Assembly: GCF_963921235.1 (NCBI RefSeq)
Contig: NC_086109.1
Coordinates: 20,338,001 to 20,402,000, forward strand
DNA from: Mobula hypostoma
Taxonomy: Eukaryota
Reading direction: 5' to 3'
DNA length: 64,000 nucleotides
Position numbers and translations under genes: made by a program. A model generated the notes under the pieces. That model saw nothing but the letters and a program-made list of their open reading frames with translations, did no database searches and had not been told where the DNA came from. How positions within the stretch are numbered: the stretch's first letter is position 1; each line of letters begins with the position of its first letter. Shown here in pieces: positions 1 to 11,337 of this stretch.

Positions 1-225
1 ATTGATAACCGGGGATATTGAGCAGTGGGATCACTCAGCTACCCAGCTGGCCTGGACGCAGCAGAGGCTAGCAGTGAGCTGAACAGCTAACCAATCTGAA
101 CAATGAATCAGACCAATATAAACACCAACACTCCACAGAAGCAACACCCATTGATGGTGTCACCTCGACAGGTGATGAAATGTTTGCGACCTAACCTCCA
201 GGCTCGGCAAAACAACCCTACAAAC
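1..225 (+). mobile_element. Penelope-like element pseudo-LTR remnant (second PLE family) with degenerate hammerhead motif
   Basis: 151-188 TTGATGG-TGTCACC-TCGACA-GGTGAT-GAAA-TGTTTGC resembles the CTGATGA-stemII-GAAAC motif of vertebrate Penelope pLTRs; recognised from memory. Confidence 0.5.
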
Positions 226-863
226 AAATACAGTAGGTACACATGTCAGGCTTTTGAATTTGATACTCAGGAAGCTTATTTATGCATGGGGTGTCTAAAA
301 TTTGGACATTCTTAACCTGGGCATAGCTGTATTTTCTTTATCTATTATGTATCCTCTTGTAAATAATAATTTCAATTTTACATAAAGGATACTCCATCTG
401 CCATCTTTCAGTCATTTACACTTTGCAAATTATTTGCATCTTCCCTGGAGATTATTTTGGATAGAAAAACTTTCTAAAGATGTTTTGGGTTGTCACAGTA
501 AAGATCATTTCATGACATAAGGATTGGATATATCCATTAACAAAGTGCCAGAACAGATAAAGTACTGGTGCTGATCTTTAACAGAATGCTAATCTCTGAA
601 GGTTTCTTTGTTCCTTTCAACCACAAACCATGTGAGCCCTTATTTCATGGAATAATCTTTAACATGATAACCCGAAATGTCTTTTGAAAAACTATACTTA
701 GAATGTAGAACATAGAATAGTACAGCACAGTGCAGGCCCTTTGGTCCACAATGTTGTGCTGACCCTTAAACCCTGCCTCCCATATAACCCCCCACCTTAA
801 GTTCCTCCATATACCTGTCTAGTAGTCTCTTAAATTTCACTCGTATCTGCCTTCACCACTGAC

Positions 864-2039
864 TCAGGTAGGGTATTCCACGCACCAACCACTCTGAGTA
901 AAAAACCTTCCTCTAATATCCCCCTTGAACTTCCCATCCCTTACCTTAAAGCCATGTCCTCTTGTATTGAGCAGTGGTGCCCTGGGAAAGAGGCGCTGGC
1001 TGTCCACTCTATCTATTCCTCTTAATATCTTGTATACCTCTATCTTATCTCCTCTCATCCTCCTTCTCTCCAAAGAGTAAAGCCCTAGCTCCCTTAATCT
1101 CTGATCATAATGCATACTCTCTAAACCAGGCAGCATCCTGGTAAATCTCCTCTGTACCCTTTCCAATGCTTCCACATCCTTCCTATAGTGAGGCGACCAG
1201 AACTGGACACAGTACTCCAACTGTGGCCTAACCAGAGTTTTATAGAGCTGCATCATTACCTCGCGACTCTTAAACTCTATCCCTCCACTTATGAAAGCTA
1301 ACACCCCATAAGCTTTCTTAACTATCCTATCTACCTGTGAGGCAACTTTCAGTGATCTGTGGACTTGTACCCTCAGATCCCTGTGTTCCTCCACACTTCG
1401 AAGTATCCTGCCATTTACTTTGTACTCTGCCTTGGAGCTTGTCCTTCCAAAATGTACCACTTCACACTTCTCTGGGTTGAACTCCATTTGCCAATTCTCA
1501 GCCCACTTCTGCATCCTAGCAATGTCTCTCTGCAATCTTCGACAATCCTCTACACTATCCACAACACCACCAACCTTTGTGTCGTCCGTGAACTTGCCAA
1601 CCCACTCTTCTACCCCCACATCCAGGTCGTTAATAAAAATCACGAAAAGTAGAGGTCCCAGAACCGAACCTTGTGGGACACCACTAGTCACAACCCTCCA
1701 ATCTGAATGTACTCCCTCCACCACGACCCTCTGCCTTCTGCAGGCAAGCCAATTCTGAATCCACCTGGCTAAACTTCCCTGGATCCCATGCCTTCTGACT
1801 TTCTGAATAAGCCTACCATGTGGAACCTTGTCAAACGCCTTACTAAGATCCATATAGATCACATCCACTGCACTACCCTCATCTATATGCCTGGTCACCT
1901 CCTCAAAGAACTCTATCAGGCGTGTTAGGCATGATCTGCCCTTCACAAAGCCAATCTGACTGTCCCTGATCAGACCATGATTCTCTAAATGCCCATAGAT
2001 CCTATCTCTAAGAATCTTTTCTAACAGCTTTCCCACCAC
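864..2039 (-). pseudogene. CR1 ORF2 reverse-transcriptase fragment (391 aa)
   Basis: RT motifs YMDLSKAFDKV, SGVPQGSVLGP, FTDD; split from the upstream ORF2 by a nested insertion and frameshifted at the C-terminus. Confidence 0.93.
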
Positions 2040-2061
2040 AGATGAAAGGCTTACTGGTCTA

Positions 2062-2570
2062 TAGTAGTATAGTAGTCATAGTCATGCTTTATTGATCCCG
2101 GGGGAAATTGGTTTTCGTTACAGTTGCACCATAAATAATAAATAGTAATAAAACCATAAATAGTTAAATAGTAATATGTAAATTATGCCAGGAAATAAGT
2201 CCAGGACCAGCCTATTGGCTCAGGGTGTCTGACCCTCCAAGGGAGGAGTTGTAAAGTTTGATGGCCACAGGCAGGAAAGACTTCCTATGACGCTCTGTGT
2301 TGCATCTCGGTGGAATGAGTCTCTGGCTGAATGTACTCCTGTGCCCAACCAATACATTATGTAGTGGATGGGAGACATTGTCCAAGATGGCATGCAACTT
2401 GGACAGCATCCTCTTTTCAGACACCACCATCAGAGAGTCCAGTTCCATCCCCACAACATCACTGGCCTTACGAATGAGTTTGTTGATTCTGTTGATGTCT
2501 GCTACCCTCAGCCTGCTGCCCCAGCACATAACAGCAAACATGATAGCACTGGCCACCACAGACTCGCAGA
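2062..2570 (-). mobile_element. Rex1/Babar LINE 3' fragment nested in the CR1
   Basis: VVASAIMFAVMCWG...RINKLIRKAS...RCNTERHRKSFLPVAIKLYN; AATAAA plus (ATGACT)n tail; CR1 sequence resumes at 2571. Confidence 0.88.
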
Positions 2571-3834
2571 TAATTACCCAGACTATCCCTACTACCTTTT
2601 TTGAAAAAGGGGACAACATTCGCCTCCCTCCAATCCTCCGGTACCATTTCCGTGGACAACGAGGACATAAAGATCCTAGCCAGAGGCTCAGCAATCTCTT
2701 CCCTCACCTCGTGGGGCAGCCTGGGGAATATTCTGTCAAGCCCCAGGGACTTATCCATCCTAATGTATTTTAACAACTCCAACACCTCCTCTCCCTTAAT
2801 ATCAACATGCTCCAGAACATCAACCTCACTCATATTGTCCTCACCGTCATCAAGTTTCCTCTCAATGGTGAATACCGAAGAGAAGTATTCATTGAGGACC
2901 TCGCTCACTTCCACAGCCTCCAGGCACATCTTCCCATCTTTATCTCTAATCAGGCCTACCTTCACTCCTGTCATCCTTTTGTTCTTCACATAATTGAAGA
3001 ATTCCTTGGGGCTTTCCTTTACCCTACTTTACCCTTCTCATGCCCCCTTCTTGCTCTCCTCAGCCCCTTCTTAAGCTCCTTTCTTGCTACCCTGTATTCC
3101 TCAATAGACCCATCTGACCCTTGCTTCCTAAACCTCATGTATGCTGCCTTCTTCCACCTGACTAGATTTTCCACCTCACTTGTCACCTATGGTTCTTTTA
3201 CCCTACCATTCTTTACCTTCCTCACCGGGACAAGTTTATCCTTAACATCCTGCAAGAGATCCCTAAACATCGACCACATGTCCATAGTACATTTTCCTGC
3301 AAAAACATCATCCCAATTCACACCCGCAAGTTCTGGCCTTATAGCCTCATAATTTGCCCTTCCCAATTAAAAATTTTCCTGTACTCTCTGATTCTGTCCT
3401 TTTCCATGATGATGCTAAAGGCCAGGGAGCGGTGGTCACTGTGCCCCGGATGCTCACTCACAGAGCGATCTGTGACCTGACCCGGTTCGTTACCTAATAC
3501 TAGATCTAGTATGGCATTCCCCCTAGTTGGCCTGTCCACATACTGTGACAGGAATCCGTCCTGGACACACTTAAGAATCTCTGCCCCATCTATACATTGG
3601 AAGTAATCAGGTGCCAATCAATATTATACTAGTCACCCATGATAACAACCTTGTTATTTTTGCACCTTTCCAAAATCTGCTTCCCAATCTGCTCCTCGGT
3701 ATCTCTGCTGCTACCAGGGGGCCTATAGAATACTCCCAATGGGTACTTATACCAATCCATGACCTTCCCTCATCTTCTTTGCTCATTTCAACCTCATAAA
3801 ATAATCATCAAGTACAATTTTTCTTCATTAAAAC

Positions 3835-4397
3835 TGCAATCGGTGGCCACTTTATTAGATACCTCCTGTACCTAATAAAGTGACCAATGAGTGTACATTC
3901 ATGGCCTTCTGCTGCTGTAGCCCATCCGCTTCAAGGTCTGACATGATGTATGATTAGGAAAGCTCTTCTGCTCACCACTGTTGTAACGTGTTTGAGTCAC
4001 TGTCACCTTCCTGTCAGCTTGAACTAGTCTGGCCATTCTCCCCTGGCCTCTCTTATTAACAGGGCATATTTGCCCATAGTACTGCCACTCACTGGGTGCT
4101 TTTTTTGGTTTTTTGCATGACTCTCTGTAAACTCTAGACACTGTTGTATCTGAAAATGCCAGGAGATCAGCAGTTTCTGAGATACTCAAACCACCCCGTC
4201 TGGCACCAACAATTATTCCACGGTCAAACTCACTTAGATCACATTTCTTCCCCATTCTGATATTTGGTATGAGCAACACATGAAATTCTTGGCCATGTCT
4301 GCAAGTTTTTTATGCAATGAGTTGCAGCCACAGGATTGGCTGATTAGATATTCGCATTAATGAGCAGGTGTACCCAATAAAGTGGCCACTGTGTGTA
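3835..4397 (-). mobile_element. Tc1-type non-autonomous DNA transposon retaining the transposase HTH
   Basis: TIR CACTCAGTGGCCACTTTATTAGGTAC-like at both ends; ORF 3899-4279 MGKKCDLSEFDRGIIVGARRGGLSISETADLL...TTVSRVYRE. Confidence 0.9.
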
Positions 4398-4759
4398 ACA
4401 TGTCCATGCCAACCAAGATGCACGTCTAACCCTGTCCCATTTGGCATATATCATCTAAAGTTTTTCTATTCATATACTTATCCTAATATCTTTTAAATTC
4501 ACAGATTCACAGTACATTTATTATCAAAGTTTGTATACAGAGTACAACTCCGAGTTTCATCCTTACGCAGGCAGCCACAAAACAAAGAAACACCATGAAA
4601 CCCGTTAAAGATAAAAATCAAACACCCAATGTGCAGAAAAAGAACAGATTGTGCACAGGGCAAAAAGCAAGTGGACAAAGATAGAATATCAAACACCAAA
4701 CCGGGAGTCCACTAGTACTCAGTTTAGTTAAATGCTATTAACATTAAGTGTTTAAATTA

Positions 4760-5245
4760 TCAGCATGCTGTCTAACATTCCTGTCAAAAATTCCGCTAAT
4801 CTTCATGTCATTTACAAATTACTGACCAAGCCTCCCACATCCACATTAAGTCCTTCACATACACCCCAAACAACAATGACCTTGGCACAGATCCATTAGA
4901 CCACCATACATAGGCATCCAATCACAAAGACAACCCTCTACCATCACCTCGTGTCAAGCCAGTTCTGAATCCAGTTTGAATTACACTTCTGACAGAATTC
5001 AGTCAAATTGGTCAGACAGGATCTTCCCATGATGGCTGTCTCTAATTAGTCCCCGCCTTCCCCTAATGCTTTCTTAAAATGGGAGGCAGTGGTTGCTGTC
5101 GTCCAGTCGTCTGGTACCTGCCCTGTACCCAGCAAAGACTTAATAATCTCAACTAGAGTCCCAGCACTTTCCTTGTCTCCCACAACAGCTTGAGATAAGT
5201 CCCATTCACTCCTGGGGAATTTATTAACTTTTAAGCCCGCCAAGG
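4760..5245 (-). mobile_element. Old degenerate CR1 ORF2 fragment
   Basis: IIKSLLGTGQVPDDWTTAT (CR1 PEDW motif) and degenerate RT-like sequence. Confidence 0.65.
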
Positions 5246-7414
5246 AGAGTACCTCTTCTTTATTGGTGGAAACCTGTTCCTACTGACTTGAGAATTAATG
5301 AGCTACATCCTCTTGATCATCGTCACTGCCTCTGCCTTCTGTATCAGGGATCACCAATCCTGACCTTTGCTCATTTACTCACAAAAAGCTCCGTTTATTG
5401 TCATTCAACTGTGCACATGTCCACTGCAGAAGTCAAGCCTACAGGACCACAGGGACAGAGCAGGAAGGAAGTAGGCTTTACTGGATGATCTTTCGTTGAA
5501 CTGGGATAGATACAATGGGCCGAATGGTCTTCCTTCAAGTTGACGTCTTCTTTGAATATGCAGCATGCATCAAGCAGCAATCATTACGGAACTGTCTGTT
5601 GGACGTCCTGCTGGGCCCCCACCAGATGTATTCAGGCATCCAAAGTCAGACTTCAAAGAGCTATTGCGTGCCCTATTAAAATTCCTGCAGTCCCCTGGGC
5701 TTCATTATATTTCTTCTATATTACTGGAGTCATAAATCCGTGACTGCAGGGAATATCCCTAATTACCAATCAACAACATAGCTCTGAATCTTCGTGAGCG
5801 ATATTTGTGGATTGATGCATGACAAAAACATAATGACAGCTTCCTGGGGTGCACACATTAAACACGCATAATAAGTAACTGGTACCATGCACTGAAATAA
5901 GTCTTTTCCCAAAGATTGAGATGATAGGCTTCCAAAGCCAATTGCCCTTTGCATGTGGTAATCCTTTCGCTCTGTAGCATTGCACTCCTCCCTCCCTTGG
6001 CAACAACATTCCATGGAGAAGGTTAAGAACTGCAATCCCCACCCTGACCGAAAGGAGCACCAGTGATCTTCTTTCTGCTTTACAAAGATATTAGGTTAGA
6101 GGACCAACGGGAAATGTCTTGAGTGGAAACAATGGCTGTTTATTCTTTTCCACACATACTGCTTGACCTGCTGAGTTCCTCCAGCATTTTGCGTGTGTTT
6201 TGCAGTAAAATACAGTAGGTAGGATCAAGGCAATGATCACATTTATAGTCAAAGACAGCATTTCTCTCCGGGTGGATGGGCATGATCATTTTTCAACCTC
6301 GTGCCATGCATGGATCAACTGGATAAAGGGAAAGGTGTTGAAAATCATCAAGGATTTATGGAAAGAAAAAAGGCCAATGGGCCAGTCACAAAGGAAACTT
6401 TTTTTAAGTTTTGGATTTAGAAAACGTTGTCTGATAGTAGTAATTTATACAAGGGGAATGGATTAATTGCTGAAGGTTAAAAATTGCAGAGACAGTAAAA
6501 TGGAGATTGCAACTAACTGGGAAGCTCTACACCAGATTTTAAATTTCAAAGTTCAAAGTAAATTTATTATCAAGGTATATGTATGTTACCCACATCCTAT
6601 CTTGTGATTCATTTTCTTGCAGGTATTTACAGAGAAAAAAAATACAATAAAATTTCACAGAAAAAACTATACAGAGGCAATCTTTACAAACAACCAATGA
6701 GCATAAGCTGAGCAAAAAATTGTGAGAGCAGGAGTTGTATGGGCCAAATGGCCTACTGTGCTGTGCAGTTCAACAGTAGCCCCAGGCAGGGATATCTGCA
6801 TGATGCCTCCCACACTTAAGTTGTGACAATATACTTTGAAATTTTATTTAATATATTTTTGAAGTTTACTGTTGAAACTGAGGAATTGACTGATTTCCCC
6901 CTTGAATTTGCTCCTGTCTAAATTTCCTCTGGGCAATGTTTTTTTGGACAGAGAAACTCAACAGTTTATGAGCAGTCAGCATGATTTCAAGCACTTGACC
7001 CTAATTCCGCTTGTTATATCGTTTCTTCATTTATGCCATTGGTATTTGATTAACAGAAAAATTGGTGATAAGATTGGAATAGCAGGAATGAATATTGGCA
7101 CCGCCCTGTTGAATAAAATACCTTTACCTAACATAAATGAAGCTAAAAGTTCCACTGAGCTCTGGGTAAATTCCATTAAGCACCAGTTAAAGAAGGTTTG
7201 GTATTACCTTTCCCTATACTGAACCATAACCCTTTTATTATTAGATTCTTCATTCTTGGCCCCTTCTTCCCTTACTTGATGGCATCAAGAGGTGGGCTGA
7301 ACATGGAAAGGTAGAGAACTGAACCAGATAGAATACATGATATATATTAGGTCCTTGTTATTTGTGAGGGATAGGTCCATGGCCCCTGGTCTAAGACAGG
7401 ACTAATGTAACTGT

Positions 7415-8515
7415 AACTAGATTCTGGATTCCTTGAGAGAAAAGCCACAGTCAATTTGTGTTGGTAGAAACATCTCTGGTTCCATCATGCTTAGCACCAG
7501 TGCTCCCCAGGGCTGTGAGCTGAGCCCACAGCTCTTCACGCTGCTGACACATGACTGCATTGATAGATCCAGTTCAAACCGAGTCAACAGGTTCGCTGAT
7601 GACACAACAGTGGTTGCCCTCATCAATAATGATGATGAGACGGTAAACAGAGAGGAAGAAGAACGGCTGGTAGAATGGTGCAAGCACAACGACTTGAGTC
7701 TCAAAATGGACACGATCAAAGAAATGATTGTGGACTTTAGGAAGGTGCAGGCTGACCTCTGCTCATTGAGATACACGGCTCCACTGTGGAGAGAATTAGG
7801 AGCATCTGGGAGTGCACATAACAGACAATCTCACCTGGTCCCTCAACACCACCCCTTTGGTCAGGCAAGTGCAATAATATCTCCATTTCCTGAGGAGATT
7901 GAGCTGATTGAAACTCCCCCCCCACCGCCCCCACCACCACATTTTAATCAATTACCATCAAGTGCGTCCTGACAAGTTGCATTGCTGTCTAGTACAGGAA
8001 TTGCAAGGCCTCTGACCACGAGCCCCTATGAAGGATTGCACAGTCTGCTGAGAGGATCACTGGGGTCTCTCTTCATACCCGATGAGACCTGGGTGGTAGC
8101 AGGGAGTTCAGCAGAGATAGTTATCAGGAACAATGAGTATGCAGGGCCTTTAGCATTGCCAATGATCCCTCCAGCCGTCTTGCAATCTCTTTGACCCATC
8201 GGGCAAGAGGTACCATTGCCATAGGATAAGAACTGTTAGGATGAGAAACAGCTTCTTCCCCCAGGCTGTAAGACTACTGAACTCCCTGCTACCACCCTGG
8301 TCTCATCAGGTATGAAGCGTCAGCAGCATTATACTGTTTACTTTTTAACTCCTATAGTATATGTACCTTATTATTTGTTAATTTATTTGTGGCAGGATTA
8401 CTTTATGTGTTGTGTGTGTGAATTACATGTACTGTGTTGTGCAGCCTGGTCTGGAGGAACGATGTCTCGTTTAGCTGTATACATGTATGTGGGTGAATGA
8501 CAAAAGACTTGAACA
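7415..8515 (+). mobile_element. Rex1/Babar LINE 3' part with RT
   Basis: ORF 7433-7972 STSAPQGCELSPQLFTLLTHDC...FADDTTVVALI...KEMIVDFRK; 3' UTR ending AATGACAAAAGACTTGAAC. Confidence 0.9.
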
Positions 8516-8779
8516 TAGGACATTGGCAGTGACAACTTGTATGCAAGCTTCAGCTTGTCAGTTTGTACGTTTCAGCCTGACTCACAATCTCAACAGATCT
8601 CATGAGTGCAGGTACCCAGTCCCAATTTTTTAGTGCCTCTGGAAAAAAATTTGAAGCAGACCTTTTGGTGAATTTGCAAATACACAGGTCCATAAAGAGT
8701 GAGGTATTGATAATGAGGTCATAGTGCACAGCACTAAAGCAAGCTATTTCACCCTACATATCCAGGTCACAAATAAGCC

Positions 8780-9287
8780 GTATATTCTGTCTGAGTAGCC
8801 TCCAACCTGATGGCATGAACATTGACTTCTCAAACTTCCGCTAATGCCCCACCTCCCCCTCGTACCCCATCCGTTATTTATTTATATACACACATTATTT
8901 TTCTTTTTCTCTTTCTCCTTTTTCTCCCTCTGTCCCTCTCACTACACCCTTTGCCCATCCTCTGGATTTTCCCCCCCTCCCCCTTTTCTTTCTCCCTAGG
9001 CCTCCTGTCCCATGATCCTTTCATATCCCTTTTGCCAATCACCTGTCCAGCTCTTGGCTCCATTCCTCCCCCTCCTGTCTTCTCCTATCATTTTGGATCT
9101 CCCCCTCCCCCTCCCACTTTCAAATCTCTTACTAGCTCTTCTTTCAGTTAGTCCTGATGAAGGGTCTCGGCCCAAAATGTCGACTGTACCTCTTCCTAGA
9201 GATGCTGCCTGGCCTGCTGCGTTCACCAGCAACTTTGATGTGTGTTGCTTGAATTTCCAGCATCTTCAGATTTCCTCGTGTTTGTGT
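8780..9287 (+). mobile_element. Neptune-type PLE 3' end (GIY-YIG C-terminus + pLTR) with 13-bp TSD
   Basis: Encodes SLQPDGMNIDFSNFR*; hammerhead-like motif at 9150-9185; TCACAAATAAGCC duplicated at 8767-8779 and 9288-9300. Confidence 0.9.
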
Positions 9288-9784
9288 TCACAAATAAGCC
9301 TCCTCCCTATCTAATCCTATCAGTGTATCCTTTCATTTCACTATCCCATACTTTGCCCTCTACTATTTCCCTCAATTGCTCCCAGCTTGTAGCAAAATCT
9401 TTCTCTGCTCAGTGGTTTTTGGTCTTTTTTTTTAAATTGGGTTATTTGGGTTTCTTACTTTGTGGCTGCCTTTAAGCAGACAAATTTCAAGGTGTATAAT
9501 TATACATTTTGTGATAATAAATGTGCTTTGAATCTTTGAATATCTGAAGTCTCTGGGTAAAGGAAGTTTCCCCTGAATTCCCTGTTGAATGTATTTGTGC
9601 CTGCCTCATTTTTACCACCTTTAGAATTCTCCATAAATGGAAAGGCTTTAGCTCTAATGTCCCACCAAGTTTTTCCATAATCTTAAGTGGAATAGGAAAC
9701 TGAGCAGTTTTGAAGAATCTCTGTCAACTTAGGCAGAGAGTTGAACAGTCAAGGGTGAATTTCTCATACACATTAATTATTGTT

Positions 9785-9920
9785 TCCAGCTTAGAAGGTC
9801 ATGGATTTCAGCCTCATTCTGGAGACCCGAGAACATAATCTAGGTTGACACTCCCAGGCGAGTACTAAGGGAAGGCTACACTGTTGAAGGTTCTTTACTT
9901 TGGCTGAGATTCATAAATGA
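9785..9920 (+). mobile_element. Degenerate Deu-domain SINE (SacSINE1/AmnSINE-like)
   Basis: ATCTAGGTTGACACTCCCAGGCGAGTACTAAGGGAAGGCTACACTGTTGAAGG resembles the recalled DeuSINE body. Confidence 0.5.
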
Positions 9921-10476
9921 AACATCAAAAATAATGAAGCATGTAAGAAAAGTTGTTTACCCAGAGCATGAAAATCAGCCTTCACTGAGAAATTTCACAA
10001 TCTCCGTTTCAGGAACAATGTTGCATAAAACTATAATAAAATCTCAACAACATTTATTCTTTTGGTAAACATTATTCTGAATTTAGTGAACTCTTGCACA
10101 CAGTAATTTCGGTGCGGTAGTTTATAACTTCTCTCCTGAGAAATCCTTGAAGAATATGTTTGGTTCATTTGAGGAAGGTTAGTTTCACAAGTACAATGTA
10201 ATCATATAGTGTCTTCATTGTAGAAAAATGCCTTGAGGCATTATTGAAAAAAATAAGAATTTTCCTAAGACAGATGGTTAAAAGTCTTCTAAATCCACTT
10301 CCACCTCAGGCTTCCAAATCCACCTCCACTCTCCTCCCCTACCTGGTATAGCCTGCATGTCATTTTACACCCTCCACAGTCCGCTTCAGAATCCCGTCTC
10401 ACCACTCCCCTTCTCCTCTTTATAACAGCTATCTCATATCTCTGCTCTCAGTCCTGATGCAGGGCTTCAACCTCAA

Positions 10477-10887
10477 ATGGCCGATGCCAACAGGCTCAAT
10501 ACACTGACTAGAAAGGCTGGCTCTGTTATAGGAGTCAAACTGGACACGATGGAGGCTGTGGTAGATCAAAGGACCCTACGGAAAATCCTGGCAATTCTGG
10601 ACAATGTTTCTCACTCTCTGCATGCCACCTTGGCTGAATGGAGGAGCACTTTCAGTAGTAGACTAAGACAACTGTGTTGCTCCAAAGAGCGCTATATGAG
10701 GTCATTCTTACCCTTGGCCATTAGGCTCTATAATGAGTCAACCTATAGCCAGGGAAGTGATGACCTGTTAGATTGTTTGAGGTAACTGATTTTTTATTCT
10801 TTCTACTTTAAATATTTATATCTGTACACTTGTAATGCTACCGTGACACTGTAATTTCCTTTGGGATCAATAAAGTATTAATCTATT
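10477..10887 (+). mobile_element. Rex1/Babar 3' fragment inserted into a PLE hammerhead motif
   Basis: DANRLNTLTRKAGSVIG...RSFLPLAIRLYN; GGGATCAATAAAGTAT tail; near-identical sister copy at 34306-34730. Confidence 0.88.
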
Positions 10888-11238
10888 AAACATCGACAAT
10901 TTACAAAGATGCTATCAGGACTGGAGGACCAGAGTTATAAAGAAAGATTGAAGAGGTTAGGACTTTATTCCTTGGAACATAGAAAATTAAGGGCAGATTT
11001 GATATACAAAAATATCAGGGGTATAGATAGGACAAATACAAGCAGGCTTTTTCCACTGATGTTCGGTGAATCTGCAATTAGAGGTCGTGGGTCAAGGGTG
11101 AAAGGTGAATACTTTAAAGGGATCAGGAGGGGAAACTCCTTCACTCAGAGGGTAGCGAGAGTGTGGAAAGAGATGCTAGTGCAAGTGGTGCATGCAAGCT
11201 CGATTTTGACATTTCAGAGAAGTTTGGATAGGTACATG

Positions 11239-11337
11239 TGTAGCCTCCCCTTACACAGTGTAAGGGGGGGCTACATTGTGCGGGAGGTCCCGGGTTCAAA
11301 TCCCGGACGAGCCCCCACAATGTAGCCCCCCCTTACA
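11239..11337. mobile_element. 99-bp TG...CA insertion with CATG TSD: three 17-bp units plus the tRNA-Pro 3' half
   Basis: CATG at 11235-11238 and 11338-11341; units at 11239-11255, 11259-11275 (inverted) and 11321-11337; removing the insert restores the CR1 sequence GGTACATGGATGGTAGG. Confidence 0.85.
11278..11317 (+). pseudogene. Processed 3' half of tRNA-Pro (about nt 37-76, including CCA)
   Basis: GTGCGGGAGGTCCCGGGTTCAAATCCCGGACGAGCCC-CCA; one mismatch to the vertebrate tRNA-Pro sequence as recalled; 5' half absent. Confidence 0.9.

Larger units (their letters stand above)
703..3745 (-). mobile_element. CR1/HER1-type LINE, 5'-truncated, disrupted ORF2 (APE + RT), interrupted by a Rex1/Babar insertion
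   Basis: ORFs 3339-3617 (SQYVDRPTRGNAILDLV, APE), 2468-2989 (PEDWREANVVPFFKKG) and 864-2039 (KAFDKVPHGRL, GVPQGSVLGPLLF, KFTDDTK); (TTCTA/TG)-type tail at about 703-720. Confidence 0.95.

Noticed and set aside
5763..6060. Cys-rich 90-96-aa ORFs as a host exon
   Set aside because: No recognisable domain and no convincing splice sites; overlapping frames of this length are expected by chance.
11278..11317. Functional tRNA-Pro gene
   Set aside because: The 5' half (A box, D arm, anticodon) is absent, so it cannot form a cloverleaf.
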